A stretch of DNA of 64,000 nucleotides. Origin: Eledone cirrhosa. Taxonomy: Eukaryota. The position numbers and the translations under genes are program-made. The first letter of the stretch is position 1. Each line of letters starts with the position of its first letter. This document shows positions 1 to 13,927 of this stretch, piece after piece. Under the pieces are notes generated by a model, which was not told where the DNA came from, ran no database searches, and saw nothing but the letters and a program-made list of their open reading frames with translations. The stretch lies in contig OZ024743.1 in assembly GCA_964016885.1 (NCBI GenBank), forward strand, positions 220,162,001 through 220,226,000. Reading direction: 5' to 3'.

Positions 1-430
1 AACTCTTAAGAGTCAATGGCCATCCAAAATCACCGGGAGAGATGACCCCCTTAGCCTTTGTCAAGGCAGAATTCTAGGAGAAGGAAAACTCTGATATAAC
101 ACCTGCAACCCTGATGGTATCCAATGATGTTGACTTGTTCTTTTTGGTAAATATCATCTTGGTTAAGAGAGTGGGACTGGCTTTGTGCAGTGCCTTTTCT
201 CACTATAAAAGCTTCACGGCACAGGCATTGCTTTATATCTGGAGATCTCTCTGCACTTGTCGTCACATGGTACCATGGGCCCAGCACTATGTGTCAATAA
301 TTGTCACAAGTGTAGTGTTTGTACCAGAGTTTTCAAGTCACTGGCTGGACTAAAAAGTCACACTCGTTCAGCGCATCGGTAGGGGTTCACCTACAGTGGC
401 CGTACTCGAAAACGAGTTGGCAGCCACCAT
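1..430 (+). mobile_element. Non-autonomous RTE-related element, copy A (5' part lies outside the window)
   Basis: Near-identical to 6325-6766 and 39855-40300. Contains ctaggagaaggaaaactctgatataacacctg, shared with the RTE 5' UTR at 54655-54705. Ends in gtggccgtactcgaaaacgagttggcagccaccatgtatg followed by a (TATG)-like tail. Confidence 0.8.
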
Positions 431-460
431 GTATGTATATATATGTAGGTTTGTATGCAT

Positions 461-3400
461 GTATGTTCTTCTGGTTTTATAATTTCACAAAATTTTCCCA
501 ATAGAGAGAGAGTCGGTTTCTAACATAGACACAAGACTCTCTCATTGGAATTTACACAACATCAACTAGGTAGATTATGTACGTATGCATGTGTAGATAT
601 GGATGTTATTGTATGTGTGGACGTGTATGTTTTGAGTTGTATGTGTGCATGTGTATATGATCTGCATCTGTACATGTGTATATGCAGTTTTAGATGCAAA
701 ATCTTTGGAATGTTTTACATATTTTTACTGTTCCTTTAATGGATTGTACTTGTAATTTCCTAACTAGTTGTGTTCTTTCTGTTCCTGTGAAGCCTAGGTT
801 CTCAAGATTTGTATTGAGGCAGTTACTAACATACCCCAGTGCCCCAATAATCACAGGCATAAATCTGAAGGTGTAATCAGGGTGAAGTATCTGCAGATTT
901 CTCATCAGTTCTGCATAAATATTCTCCTTTTCACTAATCTTTGATATTATACTGGCATCCGCTGGGCAGCTAATTTCCACTACTGTGCATGCTTTCTTCT
1001 CCCTCTCCCATATCATATCTGGTCTGTTATGCCTGCATTTTATTGGGGGTTTTTACTGGAACATTGCACCAGTACTCTTTCATATTATGTACATGGATGC
1101 CTTCCACATTGCTGTAGCTTTTAATGTGTTTATTATCGGGGCTATATTTTTTACGAACTGCATTGTACAGGTGTTTTGGCCAGTACATCATGCCTCATAG
1201 GTAGATAGTACCGCGATGACATCTTTGGACAGCTGCTGATGACATGGGTGATACCCTCGATGTTAGTTCTGCAGAGTCTGCACTTGTTATCACATCTAGG
1301 TGTTTTGCCTGCATCCCTATCTCTTTTGTGAATCAGGTATTTCGTGTTAATCTCCTATTCTTGGATTGCAAAAGCGTATCCTTTAAAGTGGGAGCCAATA
1401 TAGCGGTTGTTGGTCCAAGATAGACTACCTTCCGTAATATATTACTCTCACTCTGGAGCTTCCTGCAACATATCCATGCATGATATTTTGCTGATAGGTA
1501 TGCAGTTTTTCATCCATGGATTCACTGCGATACTGCTGAGCGACATCCCTGGGTGTGAGTTTTTGATTATCACACAGGGAATATCTCTCGAGGAGTTCCT
1601 TCCCAACTCTCATGAACTTATCTGTTTCATGCAGATATACTTGCTCGAGAAACGGGCTCTTACGCTTCGAGGTTCGTAGATGTTGTCGGAGAGATATGAT
1701 GCGACATTCAAATGTTGTCTGGACTGATGTCAGGCCTCCCTGCTTACGTTTCAAGTAAAGGCGGTCTATGTCACTGTTGATGTGGAAGTTTCCGGTGTTG
1801 TTTAGTATTTTTCGAGTTCCAACATCAACTGTTCGGATTTCGTCTATCATCCAATTGAGTATTCCGAACGTTGGTGTTAGGACAGGCACAGCAAACACAT
1901 TGTGAGCCACTGTTTTGTTTTGCGCAGAGAGTTCCGATTACCAGATCTTTCTTAATCGGGTGTAGTATTCCCTGGTTTCGCGTTCTTTATTACAGATGCC
2001 ATTATAGGATATATTCTCATCTATCCCCAGGTATCTGTAGCAGTTCTCATCAGATATCGGTGAAACAGTTAGGCCATTGATGACAATGTTGCTAGATTGG
2101 GTTGTTGTTTTTTCTCGCTTTACAATCATGTATGAGCATTTATCTTGGCCAAACTCCATTCCTATATCCTTTGAGAACGTTGTAATCAGGTCAAGATTTT
2201 TCTTCATCCCATCCATGTTCTTGGCATAGAGTTTCAGATCGTCCACAAATAAATGATGGGTTAGGTTCGTATTTCTGTCCTCCTGTGAGCCAATGATGTA
2301 TCCCTCACATTTCTTGAGCAGAAAGTACAAGGGGTTTAATGACAAGATGAATAATATCACAGAGAGACTGTCCCCCTGAAATATACCCCTGCAATATTTT
2401 ATTTTATCAGTGAAAATAGAGTCCTCCCTCTCAGTCTTTAACCTTAGGATAGTAGCCCAAGAAGAAGACAGCCTCTCTATGGCCCTCACAATAATGTCTG
2501 GGACTTTAGCAAGTTGGAGGGCTTCTATCATCCAAGAGTGGGGAACAGAATCGAAAGCTTTCCTGTAGTCCAGCCAGACTGTAGCCATATTCCTCCTAAG
2601 TTGTCGCACCTCCGACATCGCAGTTTTATTGATTAGGAGTTGTTCAGCACATCCCCAAACCTCTTTCTTTCCAGCTGCTTGTTCATCTGTGATGATGTTA
2701 TTATTTTTACAGTGATCTTGGAGGAATAGGTTGAGGCAGGCTGTATACATCTTATACATCAAGTTCTGGCATGCAATGGGTCGGTAGTTTTTTGCCAAGT
2801 GGGTGTCTTTGTTCTTGGGGACCAGTAATGTTTGTGCTAATGTCAACCATTCTGGTATAAGTGTATCTCCCTTAAGAACTTGTTGGTAGAGGTCAGTAAG
2901 ATACCTCCGATACAATATCAGTTTTTTTGTACCAGTAGCCGACAATCATGTCTCTTCCTGGTGTTTTCTTATCTTAGAGTTTTCCTATCACAGTCTCAAG
3001 GGTACCCTCACTTATTTTGTATGTTTTTGTTGTAGTGTAGAAGCAATAGTTCTTTCGGATTTCTCTTAGCCACACTGCATCTTGGTTGAAATTCTTCTTT
3101 TCACTCCATATTTTGCTCCAAAAGGAATCTATGTCTTTCTGGGATGGGGCCTCAGTGACACTTATTATTTTGCCCTTCATATCTCTATAGACTGATGTTT
3201 GGTTTCGTCTGAATCTTTTATTAAGCACTTTTCTCTCATCTACCTTCTTCAGGTATCGGCGTTTTTCGCTAACAGCTCTCAATTCTTGTTTGAGGGTGAT
3301 CAGCTTATATTGGAGAGTTCTGGTTCTACTGTTACCAAACATCGTCTCTATTTTATTGTTCACTCTTTGTTGGTGGAGAGTGAGGTTTTTTTGTGTTTGT

Positions 3401-4157
3401 TTGCATGTAAAGAGCATTGTCATATATCCTATGTTTTTTCGTAGGTCAGCAATCTTTTTTCTTATTTTAGTTATATATGATGGTATTTTGGGTGGTGTTT
3501 TGTTCTTGTTAATATCTCTGCTGTCACCAAGATAATGCTTCACTGTCGTTGCTAGGGCATATAAACAGGCGTTGATTTGCCAAAATGTTGGGGTTTTTAT
3601 CCGTCGTAAATATTTATCCCTTATTTCGTCAATAACACGTAGTGTTTCATTATTTGTTTTTTTTTATTAAACGTTGACGTTTTAATACGTTCAGCAAGAG
3701 AGATATTTATATATGAGTTAATTTCTCTCTGGAAGATTTCGTTGAGGGAAAATTTCAATTGTTTATACTTTTGATTATTATCATTATCGATAGTATTTTC
3801 CACAACAGTCGAGGTAGACTCGAATGGTACACGTGGTGTCACATTTCTTCGATTATTATTATTATTTCTTCGATTATTATTATTATCGATAGTGTTTTCC
3901 CCAGCATTCGAGGTAGACTTAGATGGTACAGGTGGTGTCAAGTTTCTTACAGGCATAGTTGTTTCAAGGCACTGTTCGACCTGGCTGCTAGGAAGTCTAG
4001 TAGCATGGCGACCTGTAGCACGTGTTGTTGATAACATGTTTGTTGTGGGGGACTTGCAATTAATAATATTTATCTTATTTTTACGTTCAACAAACGTCGC
4101 TTGTTGGCGTAATTGTTTCGCTGTGAAATAATTTAGCTCTGAGTGCATTTCGTCCCA
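461..4157 (-). mobile_element. R4/Dong-like non-LTR retrotransposon (RT plus restriction-like endonuclease), frameshifted and 5'-truncated
   Basis: Successive minus-strand ORF pieces at 3621-4148, 2974-3543, 1938-2945, 1425-1910 and 690-1016. Motifs: NYRPIACQN, WLDYRKAFDSVPHSW, GIFQGDSLS, LFVDDLKLY; CRLC..THVISSC..RHD near 1180-1285; RPD..VVEISCP..PVIIGALG. (TATG/CATA)n on both sides. Confidence 0.85.
1938..2945 (-). pseudogene. Reverse transcriptase domain of the R4/Dong-like LINE
   Basis: RT motifs DYRKAFDSV, GIFQGDSLS and FVDD, bounded by frameshifts or stops. Confidence 0.9.
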
Positions 4158-4167
4158 TGTATGTATG

Positions 4168-4201
<34 letters not shown>

Positions 4202-4250
4202 TGTATGTATGTATGTATGTATGTATGTATGTATGTATGTATGTATGTAT
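4158..4250. repeat. (TATG)n microsatellite
   Basis: Direct read. Confidence 0.95.
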
Positions 4251-4675
4251 TTTAGATCATTGGCTGGGCTAAAAAGCCACATTCGATCGCAGCGCTGTTC
4301 GTTGCTATCGTGTGTGTGTGTGTGTGTGTGGATGTGCTTGTGTGTGTGCGTGTGTGTGTATATATATATGTATATGTATATTATTATTGTTATTAATGTA
4401 TGTGTGTGTGTATATGTGTGTGTGAGTGTGTGTGTGTGTGCGTGTGTATGTGTGTATGTATATGTATATATATATATATATTTCTTTTTTTTTTTATTTC
4501 ATTTTTATTTATTTATTATTATTATTATTATTACTATTATTATTTTTTTTTTCTTTCTCGTCGTGCAATGGCCATACTCGATAACGAGGGGGCAGCCATC
4601 ATGTATGTATGTATGTATGTATGTATGTATGTATGTATGTATGTATGTATGTATGTATGTATGTATGTATGTATG
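4250..4675 (+). mobile_element. Extremely 5'-truncated RTE copy (last codons, 3' UTR and (TATG)n tail)
   Basis: tttagatcattggctgggctaaaaagccacattcgatcgcagc matches 58445-58490. It is followed by TG/TA/ATT tracts, the terminal gcaatggccatactcgataacgagggggcagccatcatg and (TATG)n. Confidence 0.9.
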
Positions 4676-5923
4676 TGATGCTTTCGGAAAGCTAGAAAGG
4701 CGACTCTGGGGTCGGCGAGACATATGCAGGAGGACAAGGGTAAAGGTGTACAGGGCATGTGTGCTCTCTTGTCTTCTTTATGCCTGCGAGACCTGGGTCA
4801 CATATCGACACCACCTTAAGCAATTGGAGCGTTTCCATCAGATGTGTCTCAGACGGATCCATGGCGTTCACTGGAGGGACCACATCAGTGATGTCGAGAT
4901 TTTGGAAAGCTCTATGTGTGACAGTATAGAAGCTTTTGTGCTTAAGCAACGACTCCGTTGGAGTGGTCACCTTGCCAGGATGAAGGATTCTAGAATACCA
5001 AAACAACTCTTTTATGGAAAGTTGGTTACAGGAAAACGACCGCCACGTAAACCAAAGAAGAGTGTGTGTGTGTGTGTAGATATGCTTATGTGTGTGCGTG
5101 TGTGTGTATATATATATGTATATGTATATCATTATTGTTGTTGTCGTTATTATTATTGTTGTCATTGTTATTATTATTATTATTGTTATTAATGTATGTG
5201 TGTGTATGTGTGTGTGAGTGTGTGTGTGTGTGTATGTATATGAAAGCCTCTCTGAAAGACGCTAACATCTCTGCTGAGACATGGGAGAATATTGCTGCTG
5301 ATCGAAATAAATGGAGAAAGACTGTATATGAGGGAAAAGTTGCCTTTGAGGCATCTCGAATCGCACACGAGAAAGTAAAGCGGGATATGAGGAAGGGCAT
5401 TGCTGTTGCACTTCCAGACGGAGAGGGTCGTCCTATGGTGCTGACATGAAGCGTCTGTGCGAGACTCTGCCTAAGCAAAGCTGGACTTGAAAGTCATCTT
5501 CGCAGTCATAAAGTAAGACCAGTGGTTGACTACCAGGCTGCTGTTGGAGATGCTACTCATCATGCTTGCCAAACATGTGGTAGAGAATGTAAATCAGCAG
5601 GAGGGCTCAAGCGACATGCAAAAGTACACGAACTCCAACCACAGCCGACTATTCCCAGTGAATGTTTTGGTTGCCGACTCTGTGCAAGACATTTTAGATC
5701 ATTGGCTGGGCTAAAAAGCCACATTCGATCGCAGCGCTGTTAGTTGCTATCGTGTGTGTGTGTGTGTATAGATATGCTTATGTGTGTGCGTGTGTGTGTA
5801 TATATATATGTATATGTATATCATCATTGTTGTTGTCGTTATTATTATTGTTGTCATTGTTATTATTATTATTGTTATTAATGTATGTGTGTGTATGTGT
5901 GTGTGAGTGTGTGTGTGTGTGTG

Positions 5924-5956
<33 letters not shown>

Positions 5957-6157
5957 CTTTTTTTTTCTTTTTATTTATTTATTATTGTTATTATTATTAT
6001 TATTATTATTTTTTTTTTCTTTCTCCTCGTGCAATGGCCATACTCGATAACGAGGGGGCAGCCATCATGTATGTATGTATGTATGTATGTATGTATGTAT
6101 GTATGTATGTATGTATGTATGTATGTATGTATGTATGTATGTATGTATGTATGTATG
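4675..6157 (+). mobile_element. 5'-truncated RTE copy with C2H2 region, an internal insertion and (TATG)n tail
   Basis: 4675-5062 matches 57591-57978 and 5242-5743 matches about 57993-58495. Premature TGA at 5447 where the intact copy has TGC. The 3' end matches the copy at 4565-4605. Confidence 0.9.
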
Positions 6158-6766
6158 TCAGGTCACCAGTTGGTACTACTGGTAACATGTATCCCAGTAC
6201 AACCCGTCTCATGGTCGGGTCGTTGGCGACTAAACTGGCAACCCCACCAAGGTTTCTTGGTGAGGAGGTTGACTTTGGACATCCTGCAGGACAAAAAAAA
6301 AAAACCTGTCAAAGGCCAAAGGAGCTCTTAAGAGTCAATGGCCATCCAAAATCACCAGGAGAGATGACCCCTTAGCTTTTGTCAAGACAGAATTCTAGGA
6401 GAAGGAAAACTCTGATATAACACCTGCAACCCTGATGGTATCCAATGATGTTGACTTGTTCTTCTTTTTGGTAAATATCATCTTGGTTAAGAGAGTGCGA
6501 CTGGCTTTGTGCAGTGCCTTTGCTCACTATAAAAGCTTCACGGCACAGGCATTGCTTTATATCTGGAGATCTCTCTACACTTGTCGTCATATGGTAACAT
6601 GAGCCCAGCACTATGTGTCAATAATTGTCACAAGTGTAGTGTTTGTACCAGAGTTTTCAAGTCGCTGGCTGGACTAAAAAGTCACACTCGTTCAGCGTAT
6701 CGGTAGGGGTTCTCTTACATGGATATAAAGTAGTGGCCGTACTCGAAAACGAGTTGGCAGCCACCA
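6158..6766 (+). mobile_element. Non-autonomous RTE-related element, full-length copy B (about 610 bp)
   Basis: Starts tcaggtcaccagttgg directly after (TATG)n, ends in an RTE-like 3' stem-loop plus (TATG)n, and is colinear with 39692-40300. Confidence 0.85.
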
Positions 6767-6934
6767 TGTATGCATGTATGTATGTATGCATGCATGTTTG
6801 TATATATGTATGCATGCATGTATGCATGCATGCATGCTTGTATGTATGTATGTATGCATGTATGTATGTATGCATGTTTGTATGTATGTATGTATGTATG
6901 TATGTATGTATGTATGTATGTATGTATGTATGTA

Positions 6935-7040
6935 TTCCGGGAGAGATGACCCCTTAGCCTTTGTCAAGGCAGAATTCTAGGAGAAGGAAAACTCTGATAT
7001 AACACCTGCAACCCTGATGGTATCCAATGATGTTGACTTG
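6935..7040 (+). mobile_element. Internal fragment of the non-autonomous RTE-related element (copy C)
   Basis: ccgggagagatgacccc...gatgttgacttg embedded between two (TATG)n tracts. Confidence 0.85.
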
Positions 7041-7512
7041 TATGTATGTATGTATGTATGTATGTATGCATGTATGTATGTATGTATGCATGTATGTATG
7101 TATGTATGTATGTATGTATGTATGTATGTATGTATGTATGTATGTATGTATGTATGCACAAATGAGTAATTCATCACTCTCTAGGACAGTTCCGAATACT
7201 CGTTACTGTGAAATAATTAAGATTTCGCTCTACAACAGAAGAATTAGCATTTGAAGAGAAAGCAATGATATTATCGCGGAGTTGCCGTGGCTACATCCGC
7301 ATAGTACAATCGCATACTCACACAACCACACATGCACAGATCAACAATTGAGCAATACATCTTTTGTAGTAATTGATACATATGTATATATATATGTGTG
7401 TATGTGTGTATGTGTGCGTGTGTATGAATGTACGTATGTATGCATGTATGTATACATCTATGTATGTATATATATATATATCTATATCTATATATATATA
7501 TATATCTAGGGC

Positions 7513-7582
<70 letters not shown>

Positions 7583-7589
7583 AGAGCGG

Positions 7590-7880
7590 GTAAAATTCCC
7601 GAGATCCATGGACGAGTTCTCTCCAGCGGTCTCTGTCCCTCATTATCGCTGCCATGTCCTACGTCTCCAACAGAACAGAGTCTGTCCTTAGGGCATCAAC
7701 ATATGTTAACCTCGGTCTTCCTCTTCCAGTGTGTTCATGCAGGGGCTCCCACAGGAGCACTGAGTGCAGTGTCAACTAGGATGTCGGTGAGCATGTCCGG
7801 CTAACCTCAGTCTCCACTGTGTTACTTTTGATCTGACTTTTGGGAGGCTCCCATACAGCTCTGAGTTTTTCATCCTCAGT
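7590..7880 (-). mobile_element. Degenerate 3' fragment of a second RTE-clade LINE family
   Basis: Minus-strand peptide [30 protein letters not shown], then in another frame [14 protein letters not shown], typical of RTE C-termini. Confidence 0.65.
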
Positions 7881-8445
7881 GTATGAATATATATATATGT
7901 ATGTATAAATATATCATTCGTATACATAGAGAACATGAGAGCGGGTGTGTGAGACAGGTGTGGTGTGAGATTGAAGGGGAAAGAGGGGAGAGACAAAAAG
8001 AGATACAGAACACAAGGAAAGGTTTAAATAGATGTTTAAACAGATGTTCCGTTGAAAAATAAATAAATAAATAATTACATTCAAAATGACAACCACCTCG
8101 AAATGAATCACACCCTTGATAAAATACCTGGTTATTTATCTACTTGAATTTCATAGTTAGAACTGTATATATAAAAAGCTTATAAGGTTTGCTTGAATGT
8201 ACTAAAATTATTTTATAATTGAGATAAACTTAAAGATTATACCTGTCTCATTAAATACTCTTTCTTGTATAGTACTAACTCGCCCTTCCCGCCACTGTCA
8301 CCACCGCCGTCACGTTGCCCTTGTCACCTCGTTTCCGTTTTCGTGAACCTATCTAATTCGAGAATGCAAATGTAACTTTATTTGAAAGAAAATAAGAAGC
8401 TCATTCTATTTCGTCAGTTTGCGATCAAACTTGTGTGTGTGTGTA

Positions 8446-8550
<105 letters not shown>

Positions 8551-8565
8551 ATTTATATATATATG

Positions 8566-8601
<36 letters not shown>

Positions 8602-8606
<5 letters not shown>

Positions 8607-8790
8607 ACAAGTATGACCCCTCGGCAGAGCTCAAGCCGTTTCGACGGCTAATTCTGGACTGAATTAGCCGCCGAAACGGCTTGAGCTCTGCCGAGGGGCC
8701 ATACTTGTTCCTATTACCCACTCTACTACCCTAAGTATTGAGTACTTTGGTGCGTTATGGTCCATCTGGTTCCTTACCACATTTCCTTCG

Positions 8791-8795
<5 letters not shown>
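8602..8795 (+). repeat. Hairpin-plus-tail repeat, copy 1 (about 110 bp palindrome plus about 80 bp tail)
   Basis: 8602-8654 is nearly the reverse complement of 8661-8713. The tail cccactctactaccctaagtattgagtac is shared with 18571-18645 and with the reverse strand of 21813-21890. Flanked by (TA)n. Confidence 0.85.
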
Positions 8796-8856
<61 letters not shown>

Positions 8857-9499
8857 ACAGGGAGAAAGAGACGATTATGAGGAAGAAAAATATATTTCTT
8901 TCCTTTTTTTGTCTCTCTCTCTCTTTTTTCTGGGTTAGAAAATGATTAAAACGAAATGTTTTACTTTGTGTGAAGTGTTAAGGTATTAGTTGATTTATTT
9001 ATTATTTAACAATGTTATTTATTTATCTATTTATATATTTAATTATTGTCTATTACCGGTTTCTGCATTTATATGCATTATCAAATGATAGTGAAATGTA
9101 TTAATGTGGTGTCGCACATGTTAAACAGAAGGTGCAGAAAGAATAATGTTATATACAACCAAGGTTTAAGAAGTGAAAAGAAAAAAGAAAAAGGAAAAAA
9201 AAACGTGCATAATGTGGAACTTAAAAAGTCCGTGCGGAACGAAAGTTAATGTTATTTACAAACACAGTCATTGAAATTAAGCAGTTCAAAATGTGTTAAT
9301 ATCGCAAGAGTGTTTAGTTGAACCATGGTTCCGTGAAGGAGGCAAATGGTGGACTGTGGTTTGATATGATTTCCCTTTTTAGAGAGTTAATATGCAGGGA
9401 GAAGCAATTCTTGCTGGGTGATATTTAATTTATTTAAGAAAAAGGATTAGGTAGGGTGTAAGGGAGGTAACTCTTGTAAATGTTTGATGGTTTGTTGCA

Positions 9500-10635
9500 G
9501 TTTTAGATAGGTCCGAATTTCAGGGCATTGAGTACTGGTTGAAATTTATTAATGAAATGTGTTTACTTATTGGTGCGTTGGATGAAAGTAGCGTTGTCTA
9601 TGAATTTGTGAATGGGGAAAATTTTAAAGTTTGGAAGTTGGTTGAGAGCACAATTGGCGATATGTTCACTAAATGAAATCTTTCTGTATTCCTGTATTTT
9701 AATTTGTGATTTATGTACGGTCATACGTTGATGGAGGCTGTTTTTTGTCTGTCCTATATAGTGCTCTAGACAACCTGAGCAAGTCAAAACATAGATAAGG
9801 TTTTCAGATGCACATGTAAAGTTGTGTTTAACTGTGAAACGTTGTCCTTGTTTAAAATGGAATGTTGAACCTTCTATTAGATTTATGCATATGCCACAGT
9901 TGGGCCTTCCGCATTTTGTTACTGTAGGGTTTATTGTGAAGGTTTGTTGGATTTTGGCTTGTGTGAGGATGTTTTTTATGGATTTGGGTTGTCTTTTGCT
10001 CTTTATGATGTGTGTTTGGAGGATATTGTTCATTCTTGGATCTCTTTTTAGTAAAGGAATGTTCTGGAGGATGGTATCGAATGCCTCATTGTTGAGGGGG
10101 TTGTGTGCGGAGATGTATGGTAGAGTTTTTTGTTGCGGTTCACTCCTGGGTTTGGGTGTCTGAGTTCCTGGATGTCTAGTTTTAGGGCACGTTGGAATCC
10201 ATTGGTGATTAAGGATGGTGGGTAGTTTCTGCTGATAAGTGTGTTTTTTAATTCTTCTAGTCGTGTGTAGCATGTGTATTTATCTGAAACTATTGTGCAG
10301 ATCCTTCTGGCTAGGTTATAAGGAATTGCCATTTTGGTATGTCTAGGGTGGCACGAGTTGAATGGAAGGTATTGTTTGGAGTCTGTGGGTTTGTAGTATA
10401 TGTCTGTTTCTATTTTGTTGCTTGTTTTCTTGATGAGGATGTCGAGGAAAGGGAGTTGTTCATGGCTGTAATCCATTTTGAATTGTAAGTTTGTGTTGAG
10501 TCAATTCAGAAGGGTTTTGAACTCAAACAGTCTATCTATACTTTCATGCCAGAGGATGAAGCAGTCGTCCAGATATCTCTTCCAGTTCTTTTCTATGTGT
10601 TGGTAGAAGTGGTTGCCGTATTTGTCTAGAAGAAC
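9500..10635 (-). mobile_element. Penelope-like element fragment (RT C-terminus plus GIY-YIG endonuclease), frameshifted and 5'-truncated
   Basis: Minus strand near 10545-10590 encodes WKRYLDDCFILW. ORF 10048-10476 has LPFLDI..DIYYKPTD..SCHP..AIPY..ARRI. ORF 9563-10273 has CGRPNCGIC..FTCASENLIYVLTCSGCLEHYIGQT. Confidence 0.88.
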
Positions 10636-11102
10636 CTATCTCCAGCAGTCAGTAGCCTTATACATGATTGCAACGTAAGATTTAGCTAATCTACTACGAA
10701 TCTATGTCGGATGGATTTAACCTGTAATTCAAGATGCAGTCTTGTCACGAATTGCGTCAGGCTGGGCCTTTTTGAGAATTACACTAAGTATAGATATATC
10801 TACGGAATATTCAACCAGTGCCACGTTAATTCATGAGTCGGACGTTCAGTTGTTGGAAAGAGTTAATGCTCTTCGTGGAAATCGACGGAATATCCATAGT
10901 CATAACAATACAACCACGGCATAAGTCAACGAACAACCAACGAACCAACCTGGCAATTATATACCAAACTATTTTAACAGTGATATTGCATGAGTGAAGA
11001 AAAGAGTAATTATGAGACACACCAAGAAGGAAGAATGAACTAAAAATAAATGGAACAACGTTTTGCTCCGATTTTCCAATCTCTGTTGTCCTCTCCGTGC
11101 AC

Positions 11103-11846
11103 CCACACACATATATAAATATATATATACATACAAACATAGATACATACATACATACATACATACATACATACATACATACATACATACATACATGGTG
11201 GCTGCCAACTCGTTTTCGAGTACGGCCACTACTTTATATCCATGTAGGAGAACCCCTACCGATGGGCTGAACGAGTGTGACTTTTTAGTCCAGCCAGCGA
11301 CTTGAAAACTCTGGTACAAACACTACACTTGTGACAATTATTGACACATAGTGCTGGGCCCATGGTACCATGTGACGACAACTGCAGAGAGATCTCCAGA
11401 TATAAAGCAATGCCTGTGCCGTGAAGCTTTTATAGTGAGCAAAGGCACTGCACAAAGCCAGTCCCACTCTCTTAACCAAGATGATATTTACCAAAAAGAA
11501 GAACAAGTCAACATCATTGGATACCATCAGGGTTGCAGGTGTTATATCAGAGTTTTCCTTCTCCTAGAATTCTGCCTTGACAAAGGCTAAGGGGTCATCT
11601 CTCCCGTTGATTAAGAGCTGCTTTGCCCTTTGACACATATATACATACATACATAAATACACACACACACACACATATATATATATACATACAAACATAG
11701 ATACATACATATATACATACATACATAAATACACACACACATATATATATACATACAAACATATATACATACATATATACATACATACATAAATACACAC
11801 ACACACACACATATATATATACATACAAACATAGATACATACATAA

Positions 11847-11927
<81 letters not shown>

Positions 11928-12040
11928 CAAATATAGATACATACATAGATACATACATACATAAATACACACTCACATATATATATATATATACATACAA
12001 ACATAGATACATACATACATATATACATACATACATAAAT

Positions 12041-12081
<41 letters not shown>

Positions 12082-12118
12082 GATACAAACATAGATACAT
12101 ATATACATACATACATAA

Positions 12119-12149
<31 letters not shown>

Positions 12150-12682
12150 CATACAAACATAGATACATACATACATATATATATACATACATAAATACAT
12201 ACACACACACACATATTTATATATACATACAAACATAGATATATACATATATATATACATACATAAATACACACACACACACATATATATATATACATAC
12301 AAACATAGATACATACATAAATATATACATACATACATAAATACACACACACACACATATATATATATATACATACAAACATAGATACATACATACATAT
12401 ATACATACATTCATAAATACACACACACATATATATATATATACATACAAACATAGATACATACATACATATATACATACATAAATACACACACACACAC
12501 ACATATATATATATACATACAAACATAGATACATACATACATAAATATACACATATATATATACATACAAACATAGATACATATATATATACATATATAC
12601 ATAAATACACACACACACACACATATATATATATACATACAAACATAGATACATACATACATATATACATACATACATAAAT

Positions 12683-12713
<31 letters not shown>

Positions 12714-12798
12714 CATACAAACATAGATACATACATACATAAATACAAACACACACGTATATATATATATATACGTACAAACAGATACATACATAAAT

Positions 12799-12829
<31 letters not shown>

Positions 12830-12984
12830 CATACAAACATAGATACATACATATATACATACATACATAAATACACACACACACACACACATATATATAT
12901 ACATACAAACATAGATACATACATATATACATACGTACATAAATACACACACACACACATATATATATATACATACAAACATAG

Positions 12985-13015
<31 letters not shown>

Positions 13016-13106
13016 CATACGTACATAAATACACACACACACATATATATATATACATACAAACATAGATACATACATACATACATATATACATACATAC
13101 ATAAAT

Positions 13107-13143
<37 letters not shown>

Positions 13144-13256
13144 CATACAAACATAGATACATACATATATACATACATAAACACACACACAAACACACAC
13201 ATATATATATAAACATACAAACATAGATACATACATATATACATACATACATAAAT

Positions 13257-13287
<31 letters not shown>

Positions 13288-13402
13288 CATGCAAACATAG
13301 ATTCATACATATATACACACATACATAAATACACGCACACACACACACGTATATATATACATACAAACATAGATACATACATATATACATACATACATAA
13401 AT

Positions 13403-13435
<33 letters not shown>

Positions 13436-13624
13436 CATACAAACATAGAGACATACATACATATATACATACATACATAAATACACGCACACACACACAC
13501 GTATATATATACATACAAACATAGATACATACATATATACATACATACATAAATACACACACACACACACACATATATATATACATACAAACATAGATAC
13601 ATACATACATATATACATACATAA

Positions 13625-13687
<63 letters not shown>

Positions 13688-13726
13688 CAAACATAGATAC
13701 ATACATATATACATACATACATAAAT

Positions 13727-13771
<45 letters not shown>

Positions 13772-13896
13772 CATACAAAAATAGATACATATATACATAT
13801 ATACATACATACATAAATACACACACACGCACACACACATATATATATACATACAAACATAGATACATACATACATATATACATGCATACATAAAT

Positions 13897-13927
<31 letters not shown>

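Noticed and set aside
51-287. Recurrent 78-79 aa ORF MLGPWYHV... (also at 6372, 11351 and 39905)
   Set aside because: Antisense to a recently amplified non-coding repeat. Recurrence reflects DNA identity, the start is GTG, and no domain is recognisable.
6158-6330. HDV-like ribozyme at the 5' end of the non-autonomous RTE element
   Set aside because: A P1-like pairing (ggtcacc/ggcgact) exists, but I could not place P1.1 GG, the L3 motif or the catalytic C segment. It looks like a multibranch hairpin, and an Infernal search would be needed.
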